From the NCBI GenBank assembly GCA_963846575.1, contig CAWJWJ010000002.1, forward strand, positions 1,568,001 through 1,632,000: a stretch of 64,000 bases of DNA. The letters are read 5' to 3'. Source of the stretch: an uncultured Nitrospiraceae bacterium. Lineage in GTDB: Bacteria; Nitrospirota; Nitrospiria; Nitrospirales; Nitrospiraceae. The position numbers were made by a program, and so were the translations under genes. Position 1 is the stretch's first letter, and each line of letters starts with the position of its first letter. Below are positions 30,114-40,807 of the stretch, one piece after another. Below the pieces are notes generated by a model. That model saw nothing but the letters and a program-made list of their open reading frames with translations, was not told where the DNA came from and ran no database searches.

Positions 30114-30929
30114 ATGTCGCTGCTCACTTCCACACTCCACCTGTATCGCGACGCATTACGCGCGACCGGCCGATCCTTTGTCCGTGGATGGTTGGTCATA
30201 CTCGCTGTCATCGCCTTCACGCTCATCATGTGGTTTGCCGGGACTGTTGCCAGACCCCTGGGGATGCTCGGTGGCTTTATTATGGGGGCCGTCAACGCAC
30301 TCCTCATCGGCGCAACGCTCAGTCTGGTCCAGCAAGCCATCCAGGGCATGCGGGGTGTCTCCTTCCGGGATGTGTTGGACAGTATGGGGCATTATTTCTG
30401 GGACGTGATCAGTGTAGGCTTTATCCTGTGGATTCCAACCATGGTTCTGGATATGAGTCTGCGCGCGAATCCAGACAGTCAATTGCTGGTCACCGCCTGT
30501 TTGTTACTGGTCTTTATCCTGCTCAATCCCGCGCCGGAGGTGATCTACCTGACCCGGCATGACTCGCCACTCGACGTGCTCAAACGGAGTTACGATTTCG
30601 TGCTCGAAAACTGGATCGAATGGTTCCTTCCCATGGCGCTGGTGCTCGCCCCATTAGGACTCTCGTTGTTTTTTCAATTGTCGAGTCGGTTGGGGAGGGG
30701 CGCAGGACTCGATTTCATCCAGTTGCTCCTGGTGCCCTTCACGGTGCTGACTGCGTGGCTGACCGATCTCGGAATTTCTGCGGAGCTCACAGGCAGCATG
30801 GCGCTGTTACTGACGCCGCCGCTCACCGTTGGGATGCTCCTGTTTCGCGGCCATCTATTCGCGGCGTTGTCCGCCTCATCCCGGCGGCAGCGTCTATATC
30901 AGTCACAATTCCATGATTCCTCCCGCTAA
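30114..30929 (+). CDS. Hypothetical polytopic membrane protein
   Basis: Multiple TM segments, LNPAPEVIY and ENWIEWF motifs. Confidence 0.8.
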   Translation: MSLLTSTLHLYRDALRATGRSFVRGWLVILAVIAFTLIMWFAGTVARPLGMLGGFIMGAVNALLIGATLSLVQQAIQGMRGVSFRDVLDSMGHYFWDVISVGFILWIPTMVLDMSLRANPDSQLLVTACLLLVFILLNPAPEVIYLTRHDSPLDVLKRSYDFVLENWIEWFLPMALVLAPLGLSLFFQLSSRLGRGAGLDFIQLLLVPFTVLTAWLTDLGISAELTGSMALLLTPPLTVGMLLFRGHLFAALSASSRRQRLYQSQFHDSSR

Positions 30930-31079
30930 TTATCCTTTCATCTGGTTCAACCAGCCGCTCCGCTCCTCAGCACAAACATGAGAACTTGTTGAGGGTGGGC
31001 AGGAAGTGGTGTATGGCTTAACCTACACAGCCTGCACTCGGATGCTCGCGCCTTTCATCAACAGGGAGGATGCGCGATC

Positions 31080-32552
31080 GTGCGTCTCTCCATTTTCTGG
31101 CGACTGGTCCTGACCTATCTGGTCATCATTGCGGTGATGACTGCCGTCAATCTTTATGCCTTGTTGCAGATTCGAACACTCGCCGGACTCAATACAGAGA
31201 TCGGGTCCCATCACCAGACAGAGATTGAGTCGGCGAAGCGGCTGCTGACCTCATTTTATGAGCAGATTCAGAGCGAAAAAAAGTATGTGGCCGTGCCTGC
31301 AGCCACGTTTCTGGGACATTTTGACGAGGAAAGTCATGAATTTCAGCAGGTACTAGACGACCTACTCACGCGCGAGAGGGCCGAGCCGGAAACCCGGCTG
31401 CTTCAAGAAGTCGCGCACCTCCAACAGACGCATCTTGCCTTATTTCAGGCGCAGCTTGCGCAGCCGGTCGGATCTCAATCGGAATCTGTGATCGACTACG
31501 ACGAGCGTCGAGATGCTCTGGCCGGCCGTTTATCGTCCACGTTGCGGCAGTACATCGGGTTGCACGAAGCTCGTATTGCAGTCGGGGTGGACGAGTCGCG
31601 AGCCAGTTCCGCTCAAGCAGAATCCGTCACGCGTGAGTTGGTGTTGATTGCACTCGTATTCGGGCTCGGCCTGGCTGCAGTGGCAAGTTACAACATTCTT
31701 CGTCCTCTACGCCGACTACAAGCAGTAATTCAGGAAATGGGGCAGGGCAACTTCCGCGCCTCCCTCGATGGCCAGGCGCCTCGTGAACTTCGCGAGTTGG
31801 GCGAAACCGTGAAGTGGATGGGCACCAGGCTTCAGCAGCTCGACGATATTAAGAGTGAGTTTCTTGCGCATGTCTCACATGAGCTTCGCACACCGATGGC
31901 TTCGATTCAGGAGGGCACGCACCTCCTGCTGGATGAAATCCCTGGCCCCCTGACGCAGGAGCAGCGAACGACATTGCGTATCATGTCGGATAGCAGTCGC
32001 CGATTGATGCACCTCATTTCGACGATTCTGGACCTGTCGAAAATGGAGGCCGGGATGATGGAGTACCGGTTTGCCCCGACGGACCTGAAACGGCTCGCCG
32101 ACGTCTCGGTGAATAAGATTCGTTTGCTGGCGGACGCCAAACATGTGCAGCTTCTGGTTGAAGCGCCGGTCGCGCGACATTGGGTGCGCGCGGACAGCGC
32201 GCGCATTGAACAGGTACTGGACAATCTTCTGTCAAATGCGTTGAAGTACAGCCCGGAAGGAGCCGTGGTGAAGTTACACATGACACCAGACCTTGGGGAA
32301 GGGCTGCTGTTTGTCGCCGTCATGGATGCAGGACCTGGCATTCCTGCCGAAGAAGTTCCCCATATTTTTGAGCGGTTTTATCAAGGCCGTACCAAGACGA
32401 GGCATGCCTCCGTCGGCAGCGGACTTGGACTCGCTCTTGCAAAAAAAGTGGTGGAAGCCCATGGTGGCCGGATATGGGTCGACAGTGAAGTAGGAAAAGG
32501 TACGACAGTGCGGTTCATTCTTCGCCTGACTAACGCGCCGGTGTTTGTGTAA
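31080..32552 (+). CDS. Membrane sensor histidine kinase with HAMP domain (GlrK/QseE-like)
   Basis: Two TMs, HAMP, VSHELRTPMASIQEG, NLLSNALKY, D.GPGI, FERFYQG and GSGLGL. Confidence 0.92.
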   Translation: MRLSIFWRLVLTYLVIIAVMTAVNLYALLQIRTLAGLNTEIGSHHQTEIESAKRLLTSFYEQIQSEKKYVAVPAATFLGHFDEESHEFQQVLDDLLTRERAEPETRLLQEVAHLQQTHLALFQAQLAQPVGSQSESVIDYDERRDALAGRLSSTLRQYIGLHEARIAVGVDESRASSAQAESVTRELVLIALVFGLGLAAVASYNILRPLRRLQAVIQEMGQGNFRASLDGQAPRELRELGETVKWMGTRLQQLDDIKSEFLAHVSHELRTPMASIQEGTHLLLDEIPGPLTQEQRTTLRIMSDSSRRLMHLISTILDLSKMEAGMMEYRFAPTDLKRLADVSVNKIRLLADAKHVQLLVEAPVARHWVRADSARIEQVLDNLLSNALKYSPEGAVVKLHMTPDLGEGLLFVAVMDAGPGIPAEEVPHIFERFYQGRTKTRHASVGSGLGLALAKKVVEAHGGRIWVDSEVGKGTTVRFILRLTNAPVFV

Positions 32553-33322
32553 TGTCGCTTCGGGGAAAGATCGGGGGGGTACTTGCCATGGGACTTGTGG
32601 TGGGGTGTACGAGCATTCCCCCGCCGTCCGGTCAGACTCCGTATTTCTCAGGAGAGCCTAACAACAGTAAGATCCTGCAAGCCCTAGTGCGGAAGGACGC
32701 CCAGTTAACGGCGAAATGTGCTGGCAAGGCTGTTTGCGATCATGTATTCTTCATCCGCGCGCTGGCGGCCTTATACGAGAGTCGGGAGTCGGCCATCCAA
32801 TACTTTGAAAAGGTCATAGCGGTGGCGCCGAAGGGCCAACTCGCTACGTCAAGCCGGCTGTGGCTGCAGTTGCTGCGTGCAGGCGAAGTGCCGGCAGACC
32901 AGTCCTGGCTGAAATCGGTGCTGATAGGACCTGCGACCGCCCAATCCCAGACGATTCTGTCCCAGGCTATCGAACGGACTGTCCATGATTTACTGGATCG
33001 GGAACTCACGATTCAGCAGTTACGGGCCCTGCAAGATAGTGAAGCTCAATCCCTCGAGGCGCTGCAGCGCGAGCTTCAAGACCAGGAGCGTAGAACAGAA
33101 CTGTTCAATTCCAGACGAGAGGGTCCGCGGATGTCCGTTGAGCCCGCCACGATTCAGAATCTCCAGCGACAACTGAGTGATCGCGATAAGCGGGTCGAAG
33201 AGCTCACGAATCAATTGGAAGCCCTGAAGCGTATCGATCAGGAAATGAGGGGAAAGACCCGTCCCATCAAACCTCCCTCAAATTTTCAACCTTCACAACT
33301 ACCGGACGCAGCTAAACCTTAA
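32552..33322 (+). CDS. Lipoprotein with coiled coil (QseG/YfhG-like)
   Basis: Lipobox LVVGC, C-terminal QLEALKRIDQE resembling QseG; sits between the kinase and the regulator. Confidence 0.7.
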   Translation: MSLRGKIGGVLAMGLVVGCTSIPPPSGQTPYFSGEPNNSKILQALVRKDAQLTAKCAGKAVCDHVFFIRALAALYESRESAIQYFEKVIAVAPKGQLATSSRLWLQLLRAGEVPADQSWLKSVLIGPATAQSQTILSQAIERTVHDLLDRELTIQQLRALQDSEAQSLEALQRELQDQERRTELFNSRREGPRMSVEPATIQNLQRQLSDRDKRVEELTNQLEALKRIDQEMRGKTRPIKPPSNFQPSQLPDAAKP

Positions 33323-33331
33323 GGATCCGTT

Positions 33332-34744
33332 ATGGACCAAGAACGAATTCTTGTAGTAGACGATGACGAAGGTCTGTTGCACCTCTTGAAAATGCGTCTA
33401 TCGGCCATGGGGTTCTCAGTGACACCCTGTACCGGTAGCCAGGAGGCGCTTGTCGCAAGCCGTCAGGAAACTTTCGACATCGTCATCACCGATCTACGGT
33501 TGCGGGCTGATGATGGGCTGGCATTGACCGAAGAACTTCTGCAGATTCAGCCGGGGTTGCCGGTCATCATCCTGACAGCTCACGGCAGTATTCCCAATGC
33601 CGTCGAGGCCATGCAACGCGGGGCCTTCGGCTATTTGACCAAGCCGTTTGACGACAAAGAGTTGAGGGCCACCATCGATAAGGCATTGATCCAGCTTCGC
33701 ATGACCCGCGAAATACAACGTCTAAAGTCATTGGTGAAGGAACTGTACGGCCTGGAGAATGTCATCGCGCGAAGTCCCGCGATGCATCGACTCTTCCAAA
33801 AGGTCGCACAGGTAGCGGATTCCGATGCCACGATTCTGTTGACTGGAGAAACGGGAACGGGAAAGGAGGTGTTGGCTCGGGTTCTGCATGCCAACAGCCG
33901 TCGATCAAAGGGGCCTTTTGTCGCCTTGAATTGTGCCGCAATCAGCGAGGCTCTGTTTGAGAGTGAGTTGTTTGGCCACACTCGCGGGGCCTTCACGAGT
34001 GCCTCATCCGCGAAGCGGGGACTCTTTCAAAGTGCAAATGGAGGCACGCTTTTCCTCGACGAGATCGGGGAGATGTCCTTGCCAATGCAAGTGAAGCTGC
34101 TTCGGGCCGTACAGGAACGCGAGGTGCGTGAGGTTGGCGCGGACTACGCCACGAAAATTGATGTCCGCATTATTGCGGCCTCCAACAAGGATCTGACCGA
34201 GTGCGTGAAGGCAGGAAAGTTTCGGCATGACCTCTACTATCGTATCTCGGTGGTGCCGCTTGCCCTTCCTCCCTTGCGGGAACGCAAAGACGATATTCCG
34301 CTTCTCGCCCAGCACTTCTTAAAGCAAAGCGCGAAACGGTCCAATAAAGATGTCCGAGGGTTCACACCGGCGGCAATGCATCGATTGATGATCTACCCTT
34401 GGCCGGGAAATGTACGGGAACTGGAAAACGCCGTTGAAAAAGCCGTGGTGATGTCGAGACAGGATATGGTGGCGCCGGATTTATTGCCGTCGGTTGGCGT
34501 ATCTTCGGATATGGGATTAAAACCTCTCACCGAAGCCAAGGAAGAATTTGAGCGTTCGTATCTGCGAAACGTGCTTCAGATGACGGGTGGAAATATCTCC
34601 CGAGCTGCACAATTTGCGGGCCGTTATCGGGCCGATTTCTACAAAATGTTGCGGAAGTATGGCCTGCACCCGTCCATGCTGAAGGAACGTGCCGACCTTG
34701 GACACGCCGAACTAGAAGAGATAGAGGAGTTAAAGGACAGCTAG
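33332..34744 (+). CDS. Sigma54-dependent response regulator (GlrR/QseF-like)
   Basis: REC with LTAHGSIPNAV.A.Q.G, GETGTGKE, GAFTSA (variant of GAFTGA), WPGNVREL and HTH GNISRAAQFAGRYRADFYKML. Confidence 0.92.
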   Translation: MDQERILVVDDDEGLLHLLKMRLSAMGFSVTPCTGSQEALVASRQETFDIVITDLRLRADDGLALTEELLQIQPGLPVIILTAHGSIPNAVEAMQRGAFGYLTKPFDDKELRATIDKALIQLRMTREIQRLKSLVKELYGLENVIARSPAMHRLFQKVAQVADSDATILLTGETGTGKEVLARVLHANSRRSKGPFVALNCAAISEALFESELFGHTRGAFTSASSAKRGLFQSANGGTLFLDEIGEMSLPMQVKLLRAVQEREVREVGADYATKIDVRIIAASNKDLTECVKAGKFRHDLYYRISVVPLALPPLRERKDDIPLLAQHFLKQSAKRSNKDVRGFTPAAMHRLMIYPWPGNVRELENAVEKAVVMSRQDMVAPDLLPSVGVSSDMGLKPLTEAKEEFERSYLRNVLQMTGGNISRAAQFAGRYRADFYKMLRKYGLHPSMLKERADLGHAELEEIEELKDS

Positions 34745-35082
34745 TGGTCCACGTGAGGCGGGGTGGATAGATGGCGTCCCATAAGTCGTTCAAGTTTCTT
34801 GGCGGAGGTGCGGCGGATTTTTCTGATTTCAACCCCAAAGTCCCGTCCAGTGACCCATTGAACAACGGCTTCTTCCACCTCCAACGGGAACCGTTCGCCA
34901 CGGATATCCATCCGCAGCGTCAGGGGCATTCCCACTCGAACCTGGTGGTCGCCCTGGAATCGCCATCCTGCCGGCGACATATCCCATACCGTACCTTTTC
35001 CCAAGAAATCTTCGGAAAGGTAATATCCGATACCGCATAACGTCACTCGTTGGTACATTCGAAGCTTAAAGTGCTTCGGCAT
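34741..35082 (-). CDS. Single-domain PilZ protein
   Basis: RMYQR and DMSPAG motifs, AVVQWV...FGV. Confidence 0.82.
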   Translation of the reverse strand: MPKHFKLRMYQRVTLCGIGYYLSEDFLGKGTVWDMSPAGWRFQGDHQVRVGMPLTLRMDIRGERFPLEVEEAVVQWVTGRDFGVEIRKIRRTSAKKLERLMGRHLSTPPHVDH

Positions 35083-35125
35083 TGTGAGGGCTCCAATCGC
35101 ATCGCGTTTGCCGACTCCGTGGTTG

Positions 35126-35494
35126 TTACTTCATACCCACGCCGTCAGGAGCCGCAGTTCCTTCGCACTCGACCGGCCTACCGCTACCGTTCAGGCGCCG
35201 TCGCACGAACTGTTCAAGTCGACGTTCATCTTCGTGTGAAGTGCGTATAAACTCGATCCCAGATCGAGATCCCTTGGTCCACCGGACAGCGGCGAGTGCC
35301 ACCTGCACGGAGGCCAGTCGGTCGGGCAAAAATAACCGTAACTGGACGTACTCTCCCCAACGCATTTGTTCAGGGCTTTCCAACAGACAGCCTGGAAGAG
35401 AAAGGTCAAGGAGCCGGCCTTCACCGATGGCGTTGTCTCCAGCAAAAATAACCGACCCTCCCACCGGGACTCGTTCGCTGTATCGAACTCGCAT
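35126..35494 (-). CDS. Single-domain PilZ protein
   Basis: RYSER and DLSLPG motifs, AAVRW...GIEF; AGGAGG RBS. Confidence 0.85.
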   Translation of the reverse strand: MRVRYSERVPVGGSVIFAGDNAIGEGRLLDLSLPGCLLESPEQMRWGEYVQLRLFLPDRLASVQVALAAVRWTKGSRSGIEFIRTSHEDERRLEQFVRRRLNGSGRPVECEGTAAPDGVGMK

Positions 35495-36272
35495 GGGGCC
35501 TCCTTCGCTCAAGGACTTCGATTCGGTCACCGTGCAGAATCCAATTCGTCTGCAGTCGTAGTTGTATGCCATCAATAACCCTGGACCTAGTCCCCGAAGT
35601 TGTTAACACTTTCGTAGGCCGAGGAATACCTCACTCGAATCAGGCCAGCGACGGACGCCTATTCTCTAGGCCATTGCACCCTGCGGGTCCTTCGGCCTCA
35701 CATCAGGATGATTCATTGGAACAGGCGGCCAGCGTGCCACGTGTGCAGTATGACAACGCCAGGGGCCTGGAACTGCTAAATCCTGCTGGTGGAGTGCCCC
35801 TACCTCCCATGCTTTCAGCGTACACAATTGACTGGATTTCGGAATGCTGAACACCAATGATCCCTGGTGGCGAGGTGTAGTTGCTCGATGCCCTCAACCC
35901 AGGGTACCTTGATTGGCATAAATAGCGAGGAACAAGCGCGGAGTCGGGACGCCTCAAAAGGCGGAGAGAGTGATTAGAGCAGCCGTTGGTTTGAGGAACC
36001 CGATATCGGAGCGGGCAAAAGCGAAATCTTGCATGCGGCCCCCCTCCCTTCCCGATACGCATCACCTCCGGTTCGATAAGGCCGGGAGGGGTGGGCATCT
36101 CGCGCATGAATCCGACGATGAGGGACGACATCCGTCATCTCAAGCTGGAGCGCTATGAGGATGACCTCGGCGATGAGAACTATCCACATGACTTACAACC
36201 CACCACTGGCCACTACCATTGTGTCCGCTCCGCTGGGCATCATCGATGCCTACCCTGCGGGAAAGGAAAGCC

Positions 36273-36371
36273 ATGAACACTACGCAACGACTCCATGAGA
36301 TTGGAGAAAATGATCTGATGAACCAAACCTCCGGAAAACGCGATATGCTCAGAACGGTCAGGTCAGCATGA
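36273..36371 (+). pseudogene. Internally deleted transaldolase remnant
   Basis: MNTTQRLHEIG (transaldolase-like N-terminus) fused directly to [14 protein letters not shown] (C-terminus-like); own RBS; TGA overlaps the pgi ATG. Confidence 0.5.
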
Positions 36372-38038
36372 GCCGCGTCAAGCCCACTGTTCGCACGAGA
36401 CGGCCGCTGTTGACCAAGCGCCCCGTGTGGAAAGCGCTTGCCGCGCACTATAAGGCGATCCGTGGCCTGCATCTACGGCAACTCTTTGCCGACGATCCTC
36501 GCAGGGGCGAGCGCCTCAACGCCGAAGCCGCCGGTCTTTATCTCGACTACTCTAAGAATCGCATCACCGACGAGACGATACGCCTGCTGTTGCAGCTTGC
36601 CGAGGACTGTGGTCTGGCGGAGCGAATCGCGGCGATGTTCCGCGGCGATAAGATTAATGTGACGGAGCAACGTGCGGTGCTTCATGTCGCGTTGCGCGCC
36701 GGGAAGCAGGCGACGATCCTTCTCGATGGGCGGAACGTCGTCTCCGAGGTGCATGCGGTGCTCGACCGCATGGCGGACTTCTCACTGGAAGTCCGTAGCG
36801 GCCAGTGGCTCGGCCACACCGGCAAGCGCATACGACATCTCGTCAACATCGGGATTGGCGGATCCGACCTCGGGCCGGTCATGGCTTACGAAGCGTTGCG
36901 TCACTACAGCCAGCGCGACATCTCCGTTCACTTCATCTCGAACGTAGATGGGACCGACTTTGCAGAAACCGCGCGCGGCCTCAATCCCGAAGAAACTCTG
37001 TTCATTATCTGTTCGAAGACCTTCACAACGCTCGAAACCTTGACGAACGCCCACAGTGCGCGCGCGTGGACGGTGCAGCACCTCCGGGACGAGCGGGCCG
37101 TGCGCAAGCACTTTGTCGCCGTGTCAACCAACGCGGAGGAAGTGTCGAAGTTCGGCATCGACACGGCAAATATGTTCGGATTCTGGGACTGGGTCGGAGG
37201 GCGGTACTCGATGGACTCGGCCATCGGGCTCTCGACGATGATCGCCATCGGCCCCGATCACTTCCGTGCAATGCTGGCCGGCTTTCAGGCGATGGACGAA
37301 CATTTCCGCACAGCTCCCTTCGACCGCAATCTGCCGGTGCTCATGGGGCTGCTCACCATCTGGTATAACAATTTCTTTGAGGCGCAGACGGTCGCCGTCC
37401 TGCCATACGATCACTACCTCAAACGTTTTCCGGCGTACCTCCAGCAATTGACCATGGAGAGCAACGGCAAGCACGTCACGCTGGGTGGCAAGCCTGTCGG
37501 ATATGAAACCGCACCCATCTACTGGGGCGAACCGGGCACCAACGGCCAGCATTCGTTCTACCAGCTGATCCACCAGGGAACGAAGCTGATCCCTTGTGAT
37601 TGTATCGGATTCTGCCAGACCTTGAATCCGATCGGCCAACACCACGACATGCTCACTGCAAACCTGTTCGCACAAACCGAGGCGCTGGCCTTCGGCAAGA
37701 CAGCGGAACAAGTCCGTGCCGATGGCGTACCCGACTGGCTGGTGCCGCACCGTGTGTTTGAGGGGAATCGTCCCACCAATAGCATTCTCGCCGAACGCCT
37801 GACACCGGAGACGCTCGGCGCGTTGATTGCGCTGTATGAACACAGCGTCTTCACGCAAGGGATGATCTGGGATATTGATTCATTCGATCAATGGGGCGTT
37901 GAACTGGGTAAGGTGTTGGCGAAGCGCACGCTCCAACAACTTGAACAAACGGATGAACCGGTGCTCGACCATGACAGCTCGACCAATGCCTTGATACGGC
38001 GCTATCGCCACGTCAAGCGCCGCGACAAGGAAGAGTGA
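36368..38038 (+). CDS. pgi: Glucose-6-phosphate isomerase
   Basis: [67 protein letters not shown] and [10 protein letters not shown]. Confidence 0.98.
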   Translation: MSRVKPTVRTRRPLLTKRPVWKALAAHYKAIRGLHLRQLFADDPRRGERLNAEAAGLYLDYSKNRITDETIRLLLQLAEDCGLAERIAAMFRGDKINVTEQRAVLHVALRAGKQATILLDGRNVVSEVHAVLDRMADFSLEVRSGQWLGHTGKRIRHLVNIGIGGSDLGPVMAYEALRHYSQRDISVHFISNVDGTDFAETARGLNPEETLFIICSKTFTTLETLTNAHSARAWTVQHLRDERAVRKHFVAVSTNAEEVSKFGIDTANMFGFWDWVGGRYSMDSAIGLSTMIAIGPDHFRAMLAGFQAMDEHFRTAPFDRNLPVLMGLLTIWYNNFFEAQTVAVLPYDHYLKRFPAYLQQLTMESNGKHVTLGGKPVGYETAPIYWGEPGTNGQHSFYQLIHQGTKLIPCDCIGFCQTLNPIGQHHDMLTANLFAQTEALAFGKTAEQVRADGVPDWLVPHRVFEGNRPTNSILAERLTPETLGALIALYEHSVFTQGMIWDIDSFDQWGVELGKVLAKRTLQQLEQTDEPVLDHDSSTNALIRRYRHVKRRDKEE

Positions 38039-38533
38039 CGTGACTGAACGGGCTGCCGAGTCTGCCGGAGAGGATCTTAGGATATGTGGCCACGCGCCAG
38101 CATTAGGTCCTAATGGGCAACAAGAACGCTTCCCGTGGTGATTGCGCACGACGCCTCATTCAAAGACTTCTAGACGTGAGCGTTTCCCGTGGAAGCTATA
38201 AGTAGAGGCAGAGTCACTTGGAGAGTGGCTTATCTAAGATGATCGATCTAAGCCAAGGCAAAGCCTAATCGACCCGCTTTATGACGCCTGATCCTGACGC
38301 GGTGGTTTCTGTATTGATGTCGATGATTGTCCCAATGTGCCTGCGAATGGAGCTTCAGATGCTCTTTCTATGCGCGCATCCGTTACGAGAAGTGCCGAGG
38401 GTGGTTACTGTCACGATTCCTGTAGAAACGCGGCCCTCATGGGACCCTTGGGACGTATCAACAAGCGGGAACTCCCACCTATTGCTCCAGACGCATTAAT
38501 CCACTTGCACCCTACTGAAACCTAGAGGGACGA

Positions 38534-39092
38534 ATGGGCTTGACTCGAAAACTATTGGGACCCGCGTTTGCAACAATATGGTGTACAGTTTCGCTTTCCG
38601 CATGTGACGAAATCAGGGATTACTTTTCTTCGGTCTCCTTTGTTGAAGTTGCAGCAGAACGAACACGACTCATAGATGGGCTAGAGAGCTACACGAGCAT
38701 TGCTGAGCCCAAAGGCAAACTCCCTACTTGGGATGCTACTGGAGGAGAGCAGTCTCAAGGCGGAAGATAGGCGTCCTCCTTTTAACATCTATAAAATTGC
38801 TGTTCCGAATTACTCTCACTTGGGAGTGTCGGGGGAGTTGCAGGTTCAGTTTTTCAATAACCGGCTTGTAAGCACATGGTTCTACCCTGAGACTTTTGAT
38901 CAGTACATCAAAGTATTCAAAGGCAAGGGTGAGATTACTTTTCCAGAGGGGCGAGAGGGGCCCAAAGAAGCCACGGCGGCTACCTACACACACATTTGGA
39001 CTCATAAGGATTATAAGGGGCACGAATACGTCGCTTGGGAAGATGTGCGTCTTGCACGTGAACTAAGCCTCTGGATCAATCGATACTCATAG
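38534..39092 (+). pseudogene. Frameshifted lipoprotein gene (possible orphan immunity protein)
   Basis: Lipobox SLSAC in ORF 38534-38770; reading continues in the +1 frame (ORF 38700-39092) near 38731-38736; AT-rich; adjacent to an RHS relic. Confidence 0.55.
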
Positions 39093-39100
39093 CTTGGGTT

Positions 39101-39496
39101 CACAGTGCCAGCCATCCGCTGCTGCTAGATCAACAGGCATTTGCCTATGATACGGTGGGGAACCGAACCACCGGTGGTAGTGTGGTCAACCAAGGCAATT
39201 AGCTGACGGCCGATGCGAACTTTGCCTATCAGTACGACGACAATTGGAACCTGACGCGCAAGACGCTGCTCGCCACCGGCAACTGCACGAACTATTTCTA
39301 CGATGCCAAGAATCGGCTAACGCAGGTGCAGGAATTCGTCGCCGGGAATCCCACGGCTGTCACGACGAGCCGCTACCGGTACGATGGCATAGGCCGAAGG
39401 ATCGGAAAAGTCGCCAATGGTCAGACCAAACGGTACATCTACGACGGGGAGGATATTCTCCCGGAGTATGAAGGCGCGAATGTGTCGCAGGCGAGA
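39101..39496 (+). pseudogene. RHS/YD-repeat protein fragment
   Basis: SASHPLLLDQQAFAYDTVGNRT...GN*LTAD..F.YQYDDN.NL..KT...YFYDAKNRL...YRYDGIGRRI.K...YIYDGEDIL; in-frame TAG at 39200; no start codon and no core end. Confidence 0.85.
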
Positions 39497-39798
39497 ACAT
39501 CTCTCTCAATATCGCCTCGCGACGAAGGATCGCCAAAGCCTGCAGCATACTCCAGTTTCACACGGCCGTGGTTTTTGGGGGAGACGCTCCTCGCGCAGCT
39601 TGAGGATGTGACAGGAAGGTTTGCCGACCTCTTCAATCATCACCAAGGCCGTTGTCGTTCCTCTGCCCACGATCAAGGCGAGGCAGAGACAAGAGCACAA
39701 GCCTGTGCCCGTTCCGATCCCCTCTACCGTTCACACAGGGTGACGAGACTGAGTGTCCCCAGTCTCCCTCGTTCGTTTCGGCACAGCGACCTGGATGT

Positions 39799-40077
39799 TT
39801 ATCGGCGTCTTGCCCAGCGGGCCGCGTTTACAGGCCGTGGATTTCTTCCAAGGGAAGTCCGCTGTGCCTTTGATTGTTCACGTGCCGGGGAGGCCTTGAG
39901 ATATTGGGATCTGTACCCGCGCGGAAGCATCCTGCGGGCACGCTCTCGTCTCAGACTAGTGATTAAAATAGTGCCACCTAAGAGCAAGCCCAGGACGCAG
40001 CCGTAAAAGAGGCCCGACGTGAAGGTCAGTGTAAATGGAGACGGAATATAGCGGAGCACTAAGAGAATGTCAGGCAT
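39799..40077 (-). CDS. Small hypothetical protein with one TM segment
   Basis: 92-aa ATG ORF with a hydrophobic stretch then a basic tail; weak support. Confidence 0.3.
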   Translation of the reverse strand: MPDILLVLRYIPSPFTLTFTSGLFYGCVLGLLLGGTILITSLRRERARRMLPRGYRSQYLKASPAREQSKAQRTSLGRNPRPVNAARWARRR

Positions 40078-40440
40078 AGCGCAGAGACTAGCATGGCGGG
40101 ATCGGGCAAGGAAACAGTGTGGACGGATGGGGCGGGCTGAGCCCTATGACAAGATTGGGTGAGCTACCCGAGAGGCGCGAGCAGACGGTGACGCTCATGA
40201 AGGAGACGGTCCGTCAAAAATGCGGGCCCATGGGCTGGTGAATAATCGATCAGGAGGCAATGCGCCGTTGACGATTCGAGCGTTGGTGGATCGACTGCAA
40301 CCACCATCGACCAGGGAGCAGCAGGGAGTGATGGATCTCACAAAAGCGGCGTGTAGACTGAATACTTATCTTGGATCTAACACCGTATTAACACCTGCCA
40401 GTTCTTCACCGGCCATTGATTCTGCAAGTGCTTGATAGGT

Positions 40441-40516
40441 TGGAGCTGGCGAAAGGAATCGAACCTTCAACCTGCGGTTTACAAAACCGCTGCTCTGCCA
40501 ATTGAGCTACGCCAGC
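40441..40516 (-). tRNA. tRNA-Thr (anticodon TGT)
   Basis: Reverse complement GCTGGCGTAGCTCAATTGGCAGAGCAGCGGT-TTTGTAA-ACCGCAGGTTGAAGGTTCGATTCCTTTCGCCAGCTCCA. Confidence 0.96.
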
Positions 40517-40807
40517 TTACTTCATCGAGTAGTGCATCGCCCGCGAAGGAGATCCGCGCCGAAAGAGTTGCAAACCCTACAATTCTTCTTCTGCGCTGTC
40601 AAGATGCGCGGCCTTCTTTCGAGTGTGATGCGGCGCTCCGTACCGCTCTAGCCCACTCGTCCTTACTTTTACTTGAATAAAGTTTGATTTACCAATAAGC
40701 TGACTCTGTGCCGAGACCGTCGATGATCTCGGCCCTTCCTGCTGTACCTGTTGGTCGGTTTGTCCGGTTCGGGACCTGTCTTTGGAGCTTGGAGAAGGAT
40801 ACCATTT

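Noticed and set aside
35734..35749. Minus-strand TGGCACGCTGGCCGCC as a sigma54 promoter for the PilZ pair
   Set aside because: Poor -12 element (CCGC) and about 240 bp from the start codon
36160..36260. Frame reading NPPLATTIVSAPLGII, faintly like the HPP-family motif
   Set aside because: Too short and divergent to support a pseudogene call
39326..40006. 226-aa ORF starting within the RHS fragment
   Set aside because: Only the first ~57 residues are RHS-like; the rest is read-through into unrelated sequence with no PxxxxDPxG motif or toxin character
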